Below, in pieces: positions 1-13,074 of a stretch of DNA of 64,000 nucleotides (position 1 is the stretch's first letter; each line of letters begins with the position of its first letter). Where the stretch lies: the NCBI RefSeq assembly GCF_006345805.1, contig NC_042998.1:20398001-20462000 (forward strand). The letters run 5' to 3'. Below the pieces are notes generated by a model. It saw only the letters and a program-made list of their open reading frames with translations. It was not told the origin of the DNA and made no database searches. The translations under genes were made by a program, and so were the position numbers. Origin of the DNA: Octopus sinensis (Eukaryota).

Positions 1-182
1 GGCGTTAAAAGGCATCACTTCGCAATAATTCCAGAACTGCTTCGAACACTGGAAAACGCGCGGGGACCGATGCATTCATTGAAAGGGATAATACTTTCAA
101 GGCGATAAAAGTGAAAACACGTAAAACTAATTGAATAAAAGATATATTGCAAAATACTTCTTTCTTTTGAATATCCCCTCGT
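1..182 (+). mobile_element. 3' end of a mariner transposon (degenerate transposase C-terminus plus right end)
   Basis: Translates as ...FQNCFEHWKTRGDRCIH*KG*YFQGD, like the mariner C-terminal consensus; ends in CCCCTCG-TA. Confidence 0.7.
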
Positions 183-186
183 ATAT

Positions 187-405
187 ATATATATATATTC
201 AATATGTGACCTCGGGAGTACCGCTGGCGATTTTTTTTCCTCTGTCTTCCCTTCTCGGGATCTTTCCTTCTCCTATGTTTCCGACGAAGAGCTCCGCTCG
301 AAACGTTAAACCCTCCTTCTTCCCTTCTTTCCTGAGCGTCCAATAATACTTTATTTGTTCCACGTCCTCGCGTTGTTGTGTTTTTTTGTGTTTTCTTGTT
401 TGGAT

Positions 406-408
<3 letters not shown>
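187..408 (+). mobile_element. Penelope-like terminal fragment with a minimal HHR-like motif (277-311)
   Basis: gttt-CCGACGA-a-gagc-tcc-gctc-GAAAC-GT-T-aaac, then a T-rich tail into (TA)n; related copies on the minus strand at 21690-21960 and 31180-31380. Confidence 0.55.
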
Positions 409-443
<35 letters not shown>

Positions 444-446
<3 letters not shown>

Positions 447-675
447 CAAACGGGGACAAGAACGCAAAACATCCGAACAACTAGGTGATACAAAAAGGGA
501 CAACAAAACATCCAGATAGACGATACAAAAAAAACGGACGGGTCATTCTTGACTGAAAGATTAAAGGCTTCGAGTGACCCGTCCGTGTTTTCTTTTTATC
601 GTCTATCTGGATGTTTTGTTGTCCCTTTTTGTATCACTTAGCTGTCCGGATGTTTTGCGTTCTTGTCCCATTTTG

Positions 676-678
<3 letters not shown>
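444..678. repeat. Fold-back inverted repeat, arms ~105 bp, ~23-bp spacer
   Basis: 444-548 is the reverse complement of 572-678 (roughly 85-90% identical); (TA)n on both sides; same family recurs at ~56285-56350. Confidence 0.9.
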
Positions 679-730
<52 letters not shown>

Positions 731-750
731 CGTCGTACGTACACTTTGTT

Positions 751-792
<42 letters not shown>

Positions 793-879
793 ATATTATA
801 TATATATATATGTGTGTATGTATGTGTGTGTGTGTGTGTACATGCATGTATTTACATATATACATATAGTCTGGCTCTC

Positions 880-1480
880 CGTCGGTTACAACGATGAGCG
901 TTCCAGTTGATCCGATGAACGGTACGGCCCGATCGTGATATTAACTAGAGCGAAGGCGGGAGAGATATGCGGTGACATACATCTGGAAAATCCTGGAGGG
1001 TCTTGTCCCAAACTTTGGCATTCAAAGTTACCCCAACCGCAGAACGGGGCGCCACTGCATGGTGCCAAAGATTCCAACATCACCATTAAAATACAGGTCC
1101 AGATACTGCAACAGCTTGGGTTTCAGAGGACCACAGCCCTTTAACATCCTCCCTAAATGCCTGAGAGACTTACATGGTGTGGATGTGGGTTTCTTTAAAA
1201 CTAAACTGGATCTCTTCTTGTCGGGGGTCCCAGATGAACCTACCTCACGACAGGAGACACAGATGCGGGCAGCGGCATCGAACTCCCTTGTTGATCAAGT
1301 GCCACGTATCAGAGGTGGATTTACATATTAGTGTAGCTCATTCAGCGGTAGTGCCCCAGCATGGCCGCGGCCTTCAGGCTAAAACATTTTAAAGGATTTT
1401 AAGGAAGTGGCTGAGCATTCCACATACACGCGTACCCTTCGCGTACAGAAACTAGAAATAAAGTGTCTTGCACAAGGTGG
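880..1480 (-). mobile_element. SINE family B 3' part split by a LINE fragment
   Basis: 880-938 and 1406-1480 are adjacent parts of the SINE seen at 3671-4052 and 28648-28960. Confidence 0.7.
939..1405 (+). mobile_element. 5'-truncated CR1/L2-like LINE 3' fragment
   Basis: ORF 972-1331 is nearly identical to the C-terminus of the 35249-36967 RT ORF; ends in the AAGGATTTT tail repeat. Confidence 0.9.
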
Positions 1481-2023
1481 ACAATACGCTGCCGAGAATC
1501 AAATTCAAGTCTTTAAGATCATCAGCGGAATACTTTGGCCATTATATATACATGTGTGCGTATATTCTTTTATTCCTTTACTTGTTTCAGTCATTTGACT
1601 GCAGCCATGTTAGAGCACCGCCTTTAGTCGAACAACATACATATACATATATATATACGTACATATATATATACGTACACATATACATGTATATCTGCGA
1701 CGTTGTACATGTGCTCAGATATAACATACACATATACTCGTAATATATTTTATATATGCCTATACAAATACAGGCAAATAAATTCATTTTGTATTTACCT
1801 ATGTATAAACATGTATGTACATATATATATGTGTGTGTGTGTGTGTGTAAAGACAGAGAGACAGACAGAGGATTACACATACATATAAAGACAGACAAGA
1901 TTATCGCTGTTGCGGTTGGCCATATAGAGTATGACTTCAAGCAATGGAAAGTATATGTTCGAGAAATCATTCAATGGTTAACGACCTTCTTGAATGACAT
2001 TTACAAAAGTTTAAATAATTATG

Positions 2024-2044
2024 ATGGTGGTGGTGGTGGTGGTG

Positions 2045-2088
<44 letters not shown>
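2024..2088. repeat. Compound trinucleotide microsatellite (GGT)n(AGT)n
   Basis: Direct reading. Confidence 0.95.
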
Positions 2089-2089
<1 letters not shown>

Positions 2090-2144
2090 ACAGCAATAAA
2101 AATTGAAATAACAATAATAATGATTTCAAATTTTGTCACAAGTG

Positions 2145-2495
2145 CAGCCAATTTGGGGGAGGAGATAATTCGGTTATATCAACCCCAGTGTTCCACTGGT
2201 ATTTAATTTATCCAATCCGAAAGGACCTCGACGGAATTTGAACTCAGAATGTCTCAGCAGACGAAATGCAGACGAATTTCTTTACTACCCACAAGGGGCT
2301 AAACACAGAGGGGACAAACAAGGACAGACAAACGGATTAAGTCGATTATATCGACCCCAGTGCGTAACGGGTACTTATTTAATCGACCCCGAAAGGATGA
2401 AAGGCGAGGTCGACTTCGGCGGAATTTGAACTCAGAACGTAGCGGCAGACGAAATACCGGTAAGCATTTCGTCCGGCGTGCTAACGATTCTGCCA
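2145..2495 (-). mobile_element. SINE family C (internally dimeric)
   Basis: Matches many copies in the window (GAGTTCAAATTCCGCCGAGGTCGAC body on the minus strand). Confidence 0.85.
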
Positions 2496-2787
2496 GCAAA
2501 AACAACAACGACAACAACAACAAGCACGTCTTTCAGACAAGCTCAGCTTGCATTCTGGCATTTTCTCAAATCTTTGCGATACTCTTTGGTCTGTTTTTGT
2601 AGCTTCAGACACAATCAGAATTTCGCCATTTGTTTAGGAATGTTCTTGTGACTCTCTTGATCTATTTACATAAAAGTGACATGAGATACGGCCCCGAGGA
2701 ATGAATCTTTCTTCCTCCACCTCCTTTTTCTTTCTGTCAGTCTGTTGTCATTCTCCTTGTATCTTCATATACGTGTATATATATATG

Positions 2788-2829
<42 letters not shown>

Positions 2830-2913
2830 ATTAATAATAAATATTAGGGAATAAATCCAAACTTACAGGGAAAAATCAGATTTAGGATTGAATCCAATTT
2901 TATAGTAAAATAT

Positions 2914-3370
2914 TATATATTAAATTAGAGACAAAACCACTATTAGGCAAATCAAACAATGAAAAACTTAAGCCAATACATAAGATTATTTAATTTATAT
3001 TATTTAAATATATAACAAAATTATTTAAAAAAATATAATTAATATTACACTACGATCGTTTCATGGCTGTTAATTTCTTTAAATTTTCGAGTTACAGTCA
3101 TTCATCAGGTGGTTTAAATATTCATCTTGGCGAGGTTTAAACCTCATTGTTTAAACCTCGCCAAGATAAATATTTAAACCACCTGATGAATGACTGTAAC
3201 TCGAAAATTTAAAGAAATTAACAGCCATGAAACGATCGTAGTGTGATATTAATTATATTTTTTTAAATAATTTTGTTATATATTTAAATAATATAAATTA
3301 AATAATCTTATGTATTGGCTTAAGTTTTTCATTGTTTGATTTGCCTAATAGTGGTTTTGTCTCTAATTTA

Positions 3371-3378
<8 letters not shown>
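2914..3378. repeat. Near-perfect fold-back palindrome, arms ~229 bp, 6-bp spacer, Penelope pLTR-like
   Basis: 2914-3142 vs 3149-3378, about two mismatches in the core of the arms; (TA)n on both sides. Confidence 0.95.
3180..3243 (+). ncRNA. Minimal type I hammerhead ribozyme (mirror copy on the minus strand at ~3048-3111)
   Basis: cac-CTGATGA-atgactgt...acagccat-GAAAC-GATC-GTA-gtg: intact core, stem II with one mismatch, palindromic stem III (CGATCG), GUA cleavage triplet. Confidence 0.75.
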
Positions 3379-3415
<37 letters not shown>

Positions 3416-3670
3416 AGAATTTACAAAAAACAATTGACGAAGACGAGTGTGTATGCATGTAGATATATATATATACACTAAGTTGGGGTATATAACACTT
3501 GTGTTTGACTATGTGCCTAAATGCATACATCGTTTTATAAGTATGTGACCGAATAAGCAAGTATTTGCGAGCATATGTGTGTGTGTGTGTATGTGTGTGA
3601 GTGTAAATGTGTGTGCGTGTATTTGTGATGATCAGAAGAGTTTTTTTTAAGTGCTTATAGAATATATTGT

Positions 3671-4052
3671 GGCACTCCGTCGGTTACGAAGACAAGGGAT
3701 CCACTTGATCCGATCAACGGAACAGCCTGCTCGTGAAATTAACATGCAAGTGGCTGAGCACTCCACAGACACGTGTACCCTTAGCATAGTTCTCGGGGAG
3801 ATTCAGCATGACACAGAGTGTGACAAGGCTGGCCCTTTGAAATACAGGTACAACAGAAACAGGAAGAAAGAGTGAGAGAGAAAGTTGTGGCGAAGGGGTA
3901 CAGCAGGGATCACCACCACTCCCTGCCGGACCCTCGTTGAGCTTTAGATCTTTTTGCTCAATAAACACTCACAATGCCCGGTCTGGGAATCGAAGCCATG
4001 ATCCTATGACCGCGAGTCTGCTGCCATAATGACTGGACCATTGCGCCTCCAC
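3671..4052 (-). mobile_element. tRNA-derived SINE family B, full length
   Basis: tRNA-like head with A/B boxes (TGGTCCAGTCATTA...GGCTTCGATTCC); same family as 26556-26940. Confidence 0.85.
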
Positions 4053-4155
4053 ATAGAATATATACACTTATATAGAATATACACGTGAATGAATAGATAT
4101 AGATATTAATTTATATGTGAAAAAATTATGTTATCAGGTTCAATAAAAAAAATAT

Positions 4156-4335
4156 GAGTGGCTGTGTGGTAAGTAGCTTGCTTACCAACCACATGGTTCC
4201 GGGTTCAGTCCCACTGCGTGGCACCTTGGGCAAGTGTCTTCTACTATAGCCTTGGGCCGACCAAAGCCTTGTGAGCGGATTTGGTAGACAGAAACTGAAA
4301 GAAGTCCGTCGTATATATGTATGTATATATGTATG

Positions 4336-4400
<65 letters not shown>

Positions 4401-4641
4401 ATACATATGCATGTGTGTGTATGTGTTTGCGTGCCTGTGCTTGTCCCCTCCAACATCGCTTGACAACCGATGCTGGTGTGTTTACGTCCCCGTAACTTAG
4501 CGGTTCGGCAAAAGAGACCGATAGAATAAGTCCTAGGCTTCCAAAGAATAAGTCCTGGAGTCGATTTGCTCGACTAAAGGCGGTGCTCCAGTATGGCCGC
4601 AGTCAAATGACTGAAACAAGTAAAAGGGTAAAAGAGTAAAA
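4156..4641 (+). mobile_element. tRNA-derived SINE family A with internal (TA)n(TG)n
   Basis: Head GAGTGGCTGTGTGGTAAG...GGTTCAGTCCC; tail CCAGTATGGCCGCAGTCAAATGACTGAAACAAG plus short AAAGAGTA-type repeats; many copies. Confidence 0.9.
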
Positions 4642-5165
4642 GTTTTTAATGTAAAAGGAAGGAACTGCTAAAGCGTTTCTATTCTAAACAATCAGAGACA
4701 GAAGACTTCAGCATCTGGTTTACAACAATCGACGCAGCTGGACATTCTTTTATAGAGACGTGCAAATTTGTCAACAAGGAAGGAAGATAATGGCTTCATC
4801 AAAACATACCGGCCCCTCCTTATATGCGCTTCGTTCCTACCAGTCATTTGTTTCTCTTAAATAAATGCGTTCATGTAGGCCTGCCCAAATTTGTGAGTAT
4901 TTATTTATTTAGGAGAATTTGACATCAATAAGCATGCTAATTTTCACGGATTTCTGAGGAATTTTTTATAACATCTGTTATAAAAGGAATCCTGCGTGGC
5001 ATGTAAAGATAAATCAATCGCCGCTGGAATAATTACAGTATTACGCAAGATTGCTTATATTGAATGATGATGAAACGAGTGTAAATGAGGTATTAAAATA
5101 TATGATTTACTTTCCTATTTATCAGTAAATGTATAGATGGATGGATGGATGGATGAGTGTATAAT

Positions 5166-5260
<95 letters not shown>

Positions 5261-5274
5261 ATCAAATAAGGGTA

Positions 5275-5500
5275 GAAATTGATATTAATCAATTAAAACT
5301 AGTGGCCTAGCATATTTTTAAAAAATCCGAAGATTAAAATTTTTTTTTCCTATATTTTCATTTGTCTTGCTTATTTTTACGCTTTGGTTTTTTGCTGAAT
5401 TTTTTCTTGAGAACACATTCTCCGTGGTAAATGGCGATTTTGACGTCTATATCTAGCATATAGGCTGTCTACTTTTAGTGGTGAATCCTCTAAATTTTGT
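5275..5500. mobile_element. Diverged relative of the 505-bp HHR repeat, with an internal inversion
   Basis: 5275-5340 matches the unit in one orientation and 5350-5500 in the other (GGCGATTTTGACGTCTATATCTAGCAT). Confidence 0.75.
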
Positions 5501-5578
5501 ATACATATATATATATGGCGGTGCTCCAGCATGGCCCCAGTCAAATGACTGAAACAAGTAAAAGAGTAAAAGAGAGAG

Positions 5579-5626
<48 letters not shown>

Positions 5627-5691
5627 TATATATACACTTGGTTTTTGGATTTGGTTTTCAAGATTCTTTATGTGAGTTCGTGTGTTGAAGC

Positions 5692-5848
5692 ATATTTTGT
5701 TGTGTCTGGGGAGAATCATTCTCTTCTAGTGCCTTATTATTTGACACACTCACCGATAAAATTTCCAATCTGAGTAGAAACTTAACCGGTGAGTGTGTTA
5801 AATAATAAGGCACTAAAAGAGAATGACTCTCCCCAAATACAACAATAT
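5692..5848. repeat. Fold-back inverted repeat, arms ~62 bp, ~31-bp spacer
   Basis: 5692-5755 vs 5787-5848. Confidence 0.9.
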
Positions 5849-5869
5849 ATACATACATACATACATACA

Positions 5870-7492
5870 TACGAGGAGTGTTCATTATAGATTTTCCCTA
5901 ACCCCCTTCCCAAGGACAGGGATAAACGAAACTTGGCATAATTATTAGTCATTTTCTACATATCCACCACTAATAGTGACACATTTCTCCCATCGCTTTA
6001 TGCAGTGTGAAGAGGTCGTCTGTAGAAGACGGTAGGTTGCACCTGGAGCCAAAACTTTAACTCGGAAACAATTTCATCATTACCCGAAAAATACTTCCCC
6101 TTCAAAAAAGGCTTCAGGGTTGGAAAGAGGTGGAAGTCAGATGGTGTGAGGTCGGGAGAGTAAGGAGGATGAGGAAGGATTTCATAGACGCACAGTGAGC
6201 TTTCATCTGGGCAACATGCACATTGTGAACTAGGGTGTTGTCTTGGAGGAGGCGGACTCCTATGGTCAGCATGCTACGCCTCTCTGCTTCCTTGGCATCC
6301 CGCAATTTCTGCAGCTGAGAAGCATAATATGCCTCGTTAATTGTGGTGCTCTGTGCCAGAAAATCCATCATCACTACTCCGCGCTGGTTCCAAAAGATTT
6401 CATCATTCCCCGAAAAATATTTCCCCTTCAAAAATGGTTTCATGGTTGGAAAGAGGTGGAAATCAGATGGTGTGAGGTCGTGAGAGTAAGGAGGATGAGG
6501 AAGGATTTCGTAGCCGCAGGAGTGAGCATTCATCTGAGCAACATGCACATTGTGAACTAGGGTGTTGTCTTGGACGAGGTGGACTCCTTTGATCAGCATG
6601 CTCAATAAACACTCACAGCGCCGTCTGGGAATCGAAACCGCGATCCTACAGCCGCGAGTCCTATGTTCTAACCACTGGGACTTAAGTCTCGGAATCATAG
6701 TGATGGACCCATATTTCATCTTGTGTGATAAGTCTGCTGAAAAAGTCCTCTTTGTTTTCTTGGCTCATTGCCAAACGAGTCTGGGAGCAGTTGTCTCGGA
6801 ATCATAGTGTCTCGGAATCATAGTGAGTCTTGGAATCATAGTGATAGACCCATATTTCATCTTGTGTGATAAGTCTACTGAAAAAGTCCTCTTCATTTTC
6901 TTGGAACATTGCCAAACGAGTCTGGGAGCAGTTAACTCGTTGCTACTTCTCAAAAGGTGTGAGCATCCGGGGAATCCATCGTGCAGACAACTTCCGCGTG
7001 TGCAAATGGTCGTGATTTTTTTTTCCATGGACCCTTCACTTATCTTCACTTCTCGGACTAGTTGCCGAATAGTTATGCGGCGATCCTTCAAAATGGCGGC
7101 TTTCCCTTTATGGATTGTATCGTCGTCAATGGCGGAATGTGGTTGTCCAGAAATTGAAGTTTCCACCGATATCCGACCACATTTGAACTGGCGATGCCAG
7201 AATTTGACTACGCCGTATGATGGTGTATCGCCACCATAAACTTCTTTCATCTCGTCGAAAGTCTCTTTTGGTGTAAGACCTTTCAAGCATCATTGATCAC
7301 TGATCACTGATCTGCATTCGACTGCCTCCATTATAACACCTTAGTCCACTTCAGCAGCCGTAAAAGTCAAACGAATACTAGTGAAAAGCTGCAATTTATG
7401 CGACATGGAGAGACATGTATACTTATAGCCAACGACTTCCGTTTCCTAACCGGAAATGGGTCAGAGGAAATGTTTAATGAACACTTCTCGTA
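5870..7492 (-). mobile_element. Mariner (DD34D) transposon, rearranged and defective
   Basis: TIRs TACGAGGAGTGTTCATTA / TAATGAACACTTCTCGTA; HTH region in ORF 6765-7286; QDN...YSHDLTPSD with 34-residue D-D spacing; internal duplications and a SINE B head at 6601-6685. Confidence 0.9.
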
Positions 7493-7708
7493 TGTGTATG
7501 TGTGCGTGTGTGTATATGTGTGTGTGCGTGTTGTGCATGTATACGCGTATATATGAGTGTATATGCATTATATGCATATGAATATATACATATTTACATG
7601 TATATGTATAAATATTCATATATATGCTTTATGCATGCTACATTTATATGTACAGATATATGTACAGAAATAGATATACATGCTATCACACACTCACAGT
7701 CTCACATA

Positions 7709-7769
<61 letters not shown>

Positions 7770-8789
7770 AGGCATATATACAAGTGCAAGCATGCATAAA
7801 TATATATATATAGAGAGAGAGGGGGAGAGAGAGATAGTCATGAATGCTTACATGCAAATCTATGTATAGATATTCGTACAAATATATATACATACATTAC
7901 ACACACGTAGTCTACGTAAATATGCGTGTGTATCGTAAATAGATAGATAGATAGATGGATTTCTTTATTGGCCACGCAGGGCTGAACACAGAAGGGACAA
8001 AATACAAAGTAGAGCTTTTCTTTTTGGGAAGAAGAGAAAAAAAAGGGGGTGTAGAATTCCGATCAAAAGGGATTGTGAAAAGAAAAACAAATAATATAAT
8101 AAAAAAAAAATAAAGTGGGGCCGATCAATAGAGATCGTGTATCACAGAAATGTCAATGTAAAAGGGAAAACAGATTAGGTTTATCCTTGGATAGAAAAGC
8201 CTACAGAAAAGACCACGGGGACCTTGAGCAATAGTGTCATGCAAAAAGAAAACACGTTACGGTAAGTGGCTCTATTTTCCTTTCGTTTTTTTTCTTTTTT
8301 CCTATATAGATAGATAGGTGGATGGATAGATAGATAGATAAATAAAATAGAAATCTCTTGAAAAGTGTTCAACTTTCTTCGTCTATTCACATTGAAATCT
8401 GAAGAATTGAGTTTCGCAATACGGCAAAACGCCAGGTGTAAAAGTAATACAAATGATTTAATGTTCAATTTGTATCATTTATCTTATTTTATTTTGAAAT
8501 AGATATTGTTATGTCTTCCGATACACACAGAGAAGTTGACGGCACAAAATTATATACTGTCTATTTGAAAGTTTACAAAGTCTCGTTACTTGAAATATTG
8601 CAAACTAGAGAGAAACTTTTCTGTGCATTCGTTCATCCATTAAATAAGTAGTAGGAAAATTTTACAAAAATCACATCTTAGAAAATTTGAGAATGGAAGC
8701 ACAGTAGTAGAAGACGTAGGTCTGGACAATATCTCGATATTTTGTTGAATTCCTTTGAAAATAAAGCAGTAATTCTGGTTCCGTATCCC

Positions 8790-9035
8790 TTTGAGCAACA
8801 TCAAAATTCACTCATCCGTTCACAAACACTCTCCAAATTTTCCTATCATTTATAAGCTCTCCTGTCTCTCTCACTCCAGCAAACCTAACCACCAAAACTT
8901 TCCTCAATCTATTCATCCACACAAACCAAGTTCTATCTTTGGTTCTGCTGGCTAACATTTCTGCCTTCATCACCCTCCTTACCATCCGCTTTTCATCCAT
9001 CCTTTCCATGTGGCCAAACCACCTCAATATTCGTC
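8790..9035 (-). mobile_element. RTE-like LINE C-terminal fragment
   Basis: RWFGHMERMDEKRMVRRVMKAE matches the RTE-clade post-RT motif. Confidence 0.7.
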
Positions 9036-10109
9036 GGACATTACAACTGATTTAAGCTTCCCCATGGCATAGTCGACATCAGTAACACGAACTGGTGTAT
9101 CACACAATCAGTCGGCACTTGATATACTAATTTTAGATTATGTTACAGTATTTCAGAAAATATTACGTAAAGGATGAGCCGGTCTCCTGATATGATAACA
9201 TATATTTAGATGCTTTTTTCTTTCTATCTCCACTGTGCAGTTCTCATAGAATAAATCCTCATAGGCTAAAATATTGATGGAACTTAATTCCAGCTACATT
9301 TTTCAAATAAGTTTAGCTGATACCTTTGACGTCTTAATTAACATTGTTTTGAAAGAAAGCAAAAATATGAAAACTAAGTAAACATAGAAACCAAATTACT
9401 GAAATATGTTAAGGAAGATTTATAATCGTAATAGTTCTGCCTGGAAACCAAGCTAAAAACAGCGAGAGTTAAAATGCATTTATCTTCCCAAATGCATGGT
9501 ATGCTGAATGTATAAAAGTATAATAAACTGCAGTGAGAGAAACAATATGGCTGACAGCTAAGTACATCAATTTATCACGTTATTTTGATACCATATATGA
9601 AGAATAATGATTCTAAAGAATAATCGTTTCCAAACGATTTATAACAGCTAATCTTGATGTAAAAATATTTCTTTGCTTATAGTTTTGCTTTAAATTTGTA
9701 TTAAGAACAATTAAGAACAAAACGGAAAAGACAATTCATTTTCCAACAGTGATGGGATTTCGGATTTATATCAGTCGGATAACAGAAAAGATAGATGGAG
9801 GGAAACAAAAGATAAAAACATGCTTTGGTTTTTACTAATCCATCATGAAGACATGAAGACATCGTAAGTGATTCCCAACTAAAAAGATTCTGACAATAAA
9901 TTTCTGGAGAAAACTGAGGGTGGTTAATAAGATTAGAACTTACGGTAAATAAAATTTCAAGTAATCCATGTATGTACTTGCTGAAGTATAGTTATGCAAA
10001 TATTTCTTCCTCACACCCTCTATCTCTCTCCCCCTTCCCCCCTTCTCTCTCTCCCTCTTCCTTCTCTGTCTCTCTCTTACTGACTCTCTTTCTCATTCTC
10101 TATCCAGAC

Positions 10110-10113
10110 ACAT

Positions 10114-10168
<55 letters not shown>

Positions 10169-10439
10169 CATATATATACAAACGTATATACATATATATA
10201 TACATACATATATATATACATATATGTATATATATACGTATATATATATACATACAAATATATGTATATATATACATACATATATACATATATACATACA
10301 AATATATATATATACATACATATATATATACATACAAATATATATATACATACATATATATATACATACATATATACATATATATATGCATACATATATA
10401 CATATATACGTATATATATATATACATATATATACATAT

Positions 10440-10498
<59 letters not shown>

Positions 10499-11144
10499 CT
10501 TCATATACATATATACACACACACGTGGAAATAACAAGAGGAGGTACTAAATACAAGCGGAGAGATTAACTAAGTTGATCCAGAATAATAGGCTACATAC
10601 ATTTTGGTGCCTCTGTGCGTGTGTTTATTTGCGTGTATGCATATTCGTATTTCTATGTGTTTATGTTTGTGTGTGTGTCTCCGTATGTGTGTATGTGTGT
10701 GCGTAAATGTGTAAATATATTTCATGTTTGCGTGTGTTTATGCATATAAAAGAGTTAGTAATGTTTTATATACATATATATATATATACATGCACATATA
10801 TATATATATATACATATATATATACATGCATATATATATATATACATATATATATATACATGCACATATATATATATATATACGTATATATATATATATA
10901 TATGCACATATATATACATACATATATATACATATATGTATATATATACGTATTATATATACATACAAATATATGTATATATATACATACATATATACAT
11001 ATATACATACATATATATATATATATACATATATATACATACAAATATATATATATACATACATATATACATTATATATGCATACATATATACATATATA
11101 CGTATATATATATATACTATATATATATATACATACATATATAC

Positions 11145-11189
<45 letters not shown>

Positions 11190-11569
11190 TATATATATAC
11201 ACCTTCATATACATATATACACACACACGTGGAAATAACAAGAGGAGGTACTAAATACAAGCGGAGAGATTAACTAAGTTGATCCAGAATAATAGGCTAC
11301 ATACATTTTGGTGCCTCTGTGCGTGTGTTTATTTGCGTGTATGCATATTCGTATTTCTATGTGTTTATGTTTGTGTGTGTGTCTCCGTATGTGTGTATGT
11401 GTGTGCGTAAATGTGTAAATATATTTCATGTTTGCGTGTGTTTATGCATATAAAAGAGTTAGTAATGTTTTATATACATATATATATATATACATGCACA
11501 TATATATATATATATACATATATATATACATGCATATATATATATATACATATATATATATACATGCAC

Positions 11570-11600
<31 letters not shown>

Positions 11601-11680
11601 GCACATATATATATATATATATATGCACATATATATATACATATATATATACATATATATATTTGCAATTGTATGTATAT
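10110..11680. repeat. Complex (TA/TACA)n microsatellites containing a 704-bp tandem duplication
   Basis: The block ACACCTTCATATAC...GAGTTAGTAATG starts at 10495 and again at 11199. Confidence 0.9.
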
Positions 11681-12315
11681 ATACTATATGCAGATATATA
11701 TATGTTTGTATATGTACATATTATACACACACACACACACATATGCGTGTGTTTGCATGCGCGCGCATAGACGCCCGCGCATCATTTGCTGAAAAAAGAT
11801 GAAGGTATAATATAGATATAGATATATATATATATATACATAAACATATACACACACAATATGTTTATGCGTGTATATTTGTATAGATAAATTTATATGC
11901 ATATATACAAACATACAAGAGCAAACACATATACACACACACACACACACACAACACACATATATATATATATTATATATATATTATATATATATATATA
12001 TATCGACGCAGACACATACCTGTATCCTTAACTCGTTCGCTTCTTGTATTACTTTTTTTGTGATAAAACTATTACTCATCTAAAAGCCTAATTTGCTAGA
12101 TTATTCCTATAAACTTTTAGATAAAGAAAACCGATAAGTGGGGAGGGGGAAGCTCTTAAGAGGTTTCAGACGGTAATCCGCAATATTTCTCATATTTTTG
12201 GTTTCGCTGTTGTAGTTATCAATTTGAAAGAACTAAAGCGCAAATGAAGTAAACCTCCTGTGTAGTGGTTCGTATGAGAGCTCTCGTCAAAAACTGCTTC
12301 TTTTATAAGGTTAAA

Positions 12316-12354
<39 letters not shown>

Positions 12355-12505
12355 AATCAAGGACTGAACACGAAAAGTGGACAGTCAACATGCTAGATAT
12401 AGACGTCAAATCGCCATTCACCACAAAAGATTATGTTCTCAGATCAAACTCAACACAAAACCATAGCAATAAACAAGTGAAAAATATACGAAATAAAATA
12501 ATTAC

Positions 12506-12570
12506 CCATGTACTAAATTAGTTTCAGCTGTTATTTTCCGCAAGGAAAACTGCAGCCATCATCAGCATGG
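12506..12570 (-). ncRNA. Type I hammerhead ribozyme (array copy)
   Basis: Reverse complement of ccatg-CTGATGA-stem II-GAAAC-taattta-GTA-catgg. Confidence 0.85.
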
Positions 12571-13009
12571 TCCGTTATAAATGTAATTTGATGGACTAGA
12601 TGCAAACACGATACCGAAATATCGCGTGCATGGAGTTCAGCCTATTACATTAGAATATATCTTTCAAATGCCTCTACTTTGGCGCGTTGGAACCCGAGAA
12701 AATTAGCCTGCAGCTAATAACTAGCAGCAGTTAATTATCGGTTAGAGAACATATTTATTTATATAAAATTAATTAAGGGTAGAAATTGATATTTATCAAT
12801 TAAGACCAGTGGTCTAGCATATTAAAAAAGAATCCGAAGATTAAAATATTTATATATACCAATTAAGGACTGAACACGAAAAGTGGACAGTCAACATGCT
12901 AGATATAGACGTCAAATCGCCATTCACCACAAAAGATTATGTTCTCAGATCAAACTCAACACAAAACCATAGCAATAAACAAGTGAAAAATATACGAATA
13001 AATAATTAC

Positions 13010-13074
13010 CCATGTACTAAATTAGTTTCAGCTGTTATTTTCCGCAAGGAAAACTGCAGCCATCATCAGCATGG
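13010..13074 (-). ncRNA. Type I hammerhead ribozyme (array copy)
   Basis: Same motif as 12506-12570. Confidence 0.85.

Noticed and set aside
9972-11802. Long YI/IY/CV-rich ORFs here and at 31337-31760, 34232-35172 and 57978-58713
   Set aside because: Translations of (TA)n/(CA)n microsatellites, which lack stops in some frames
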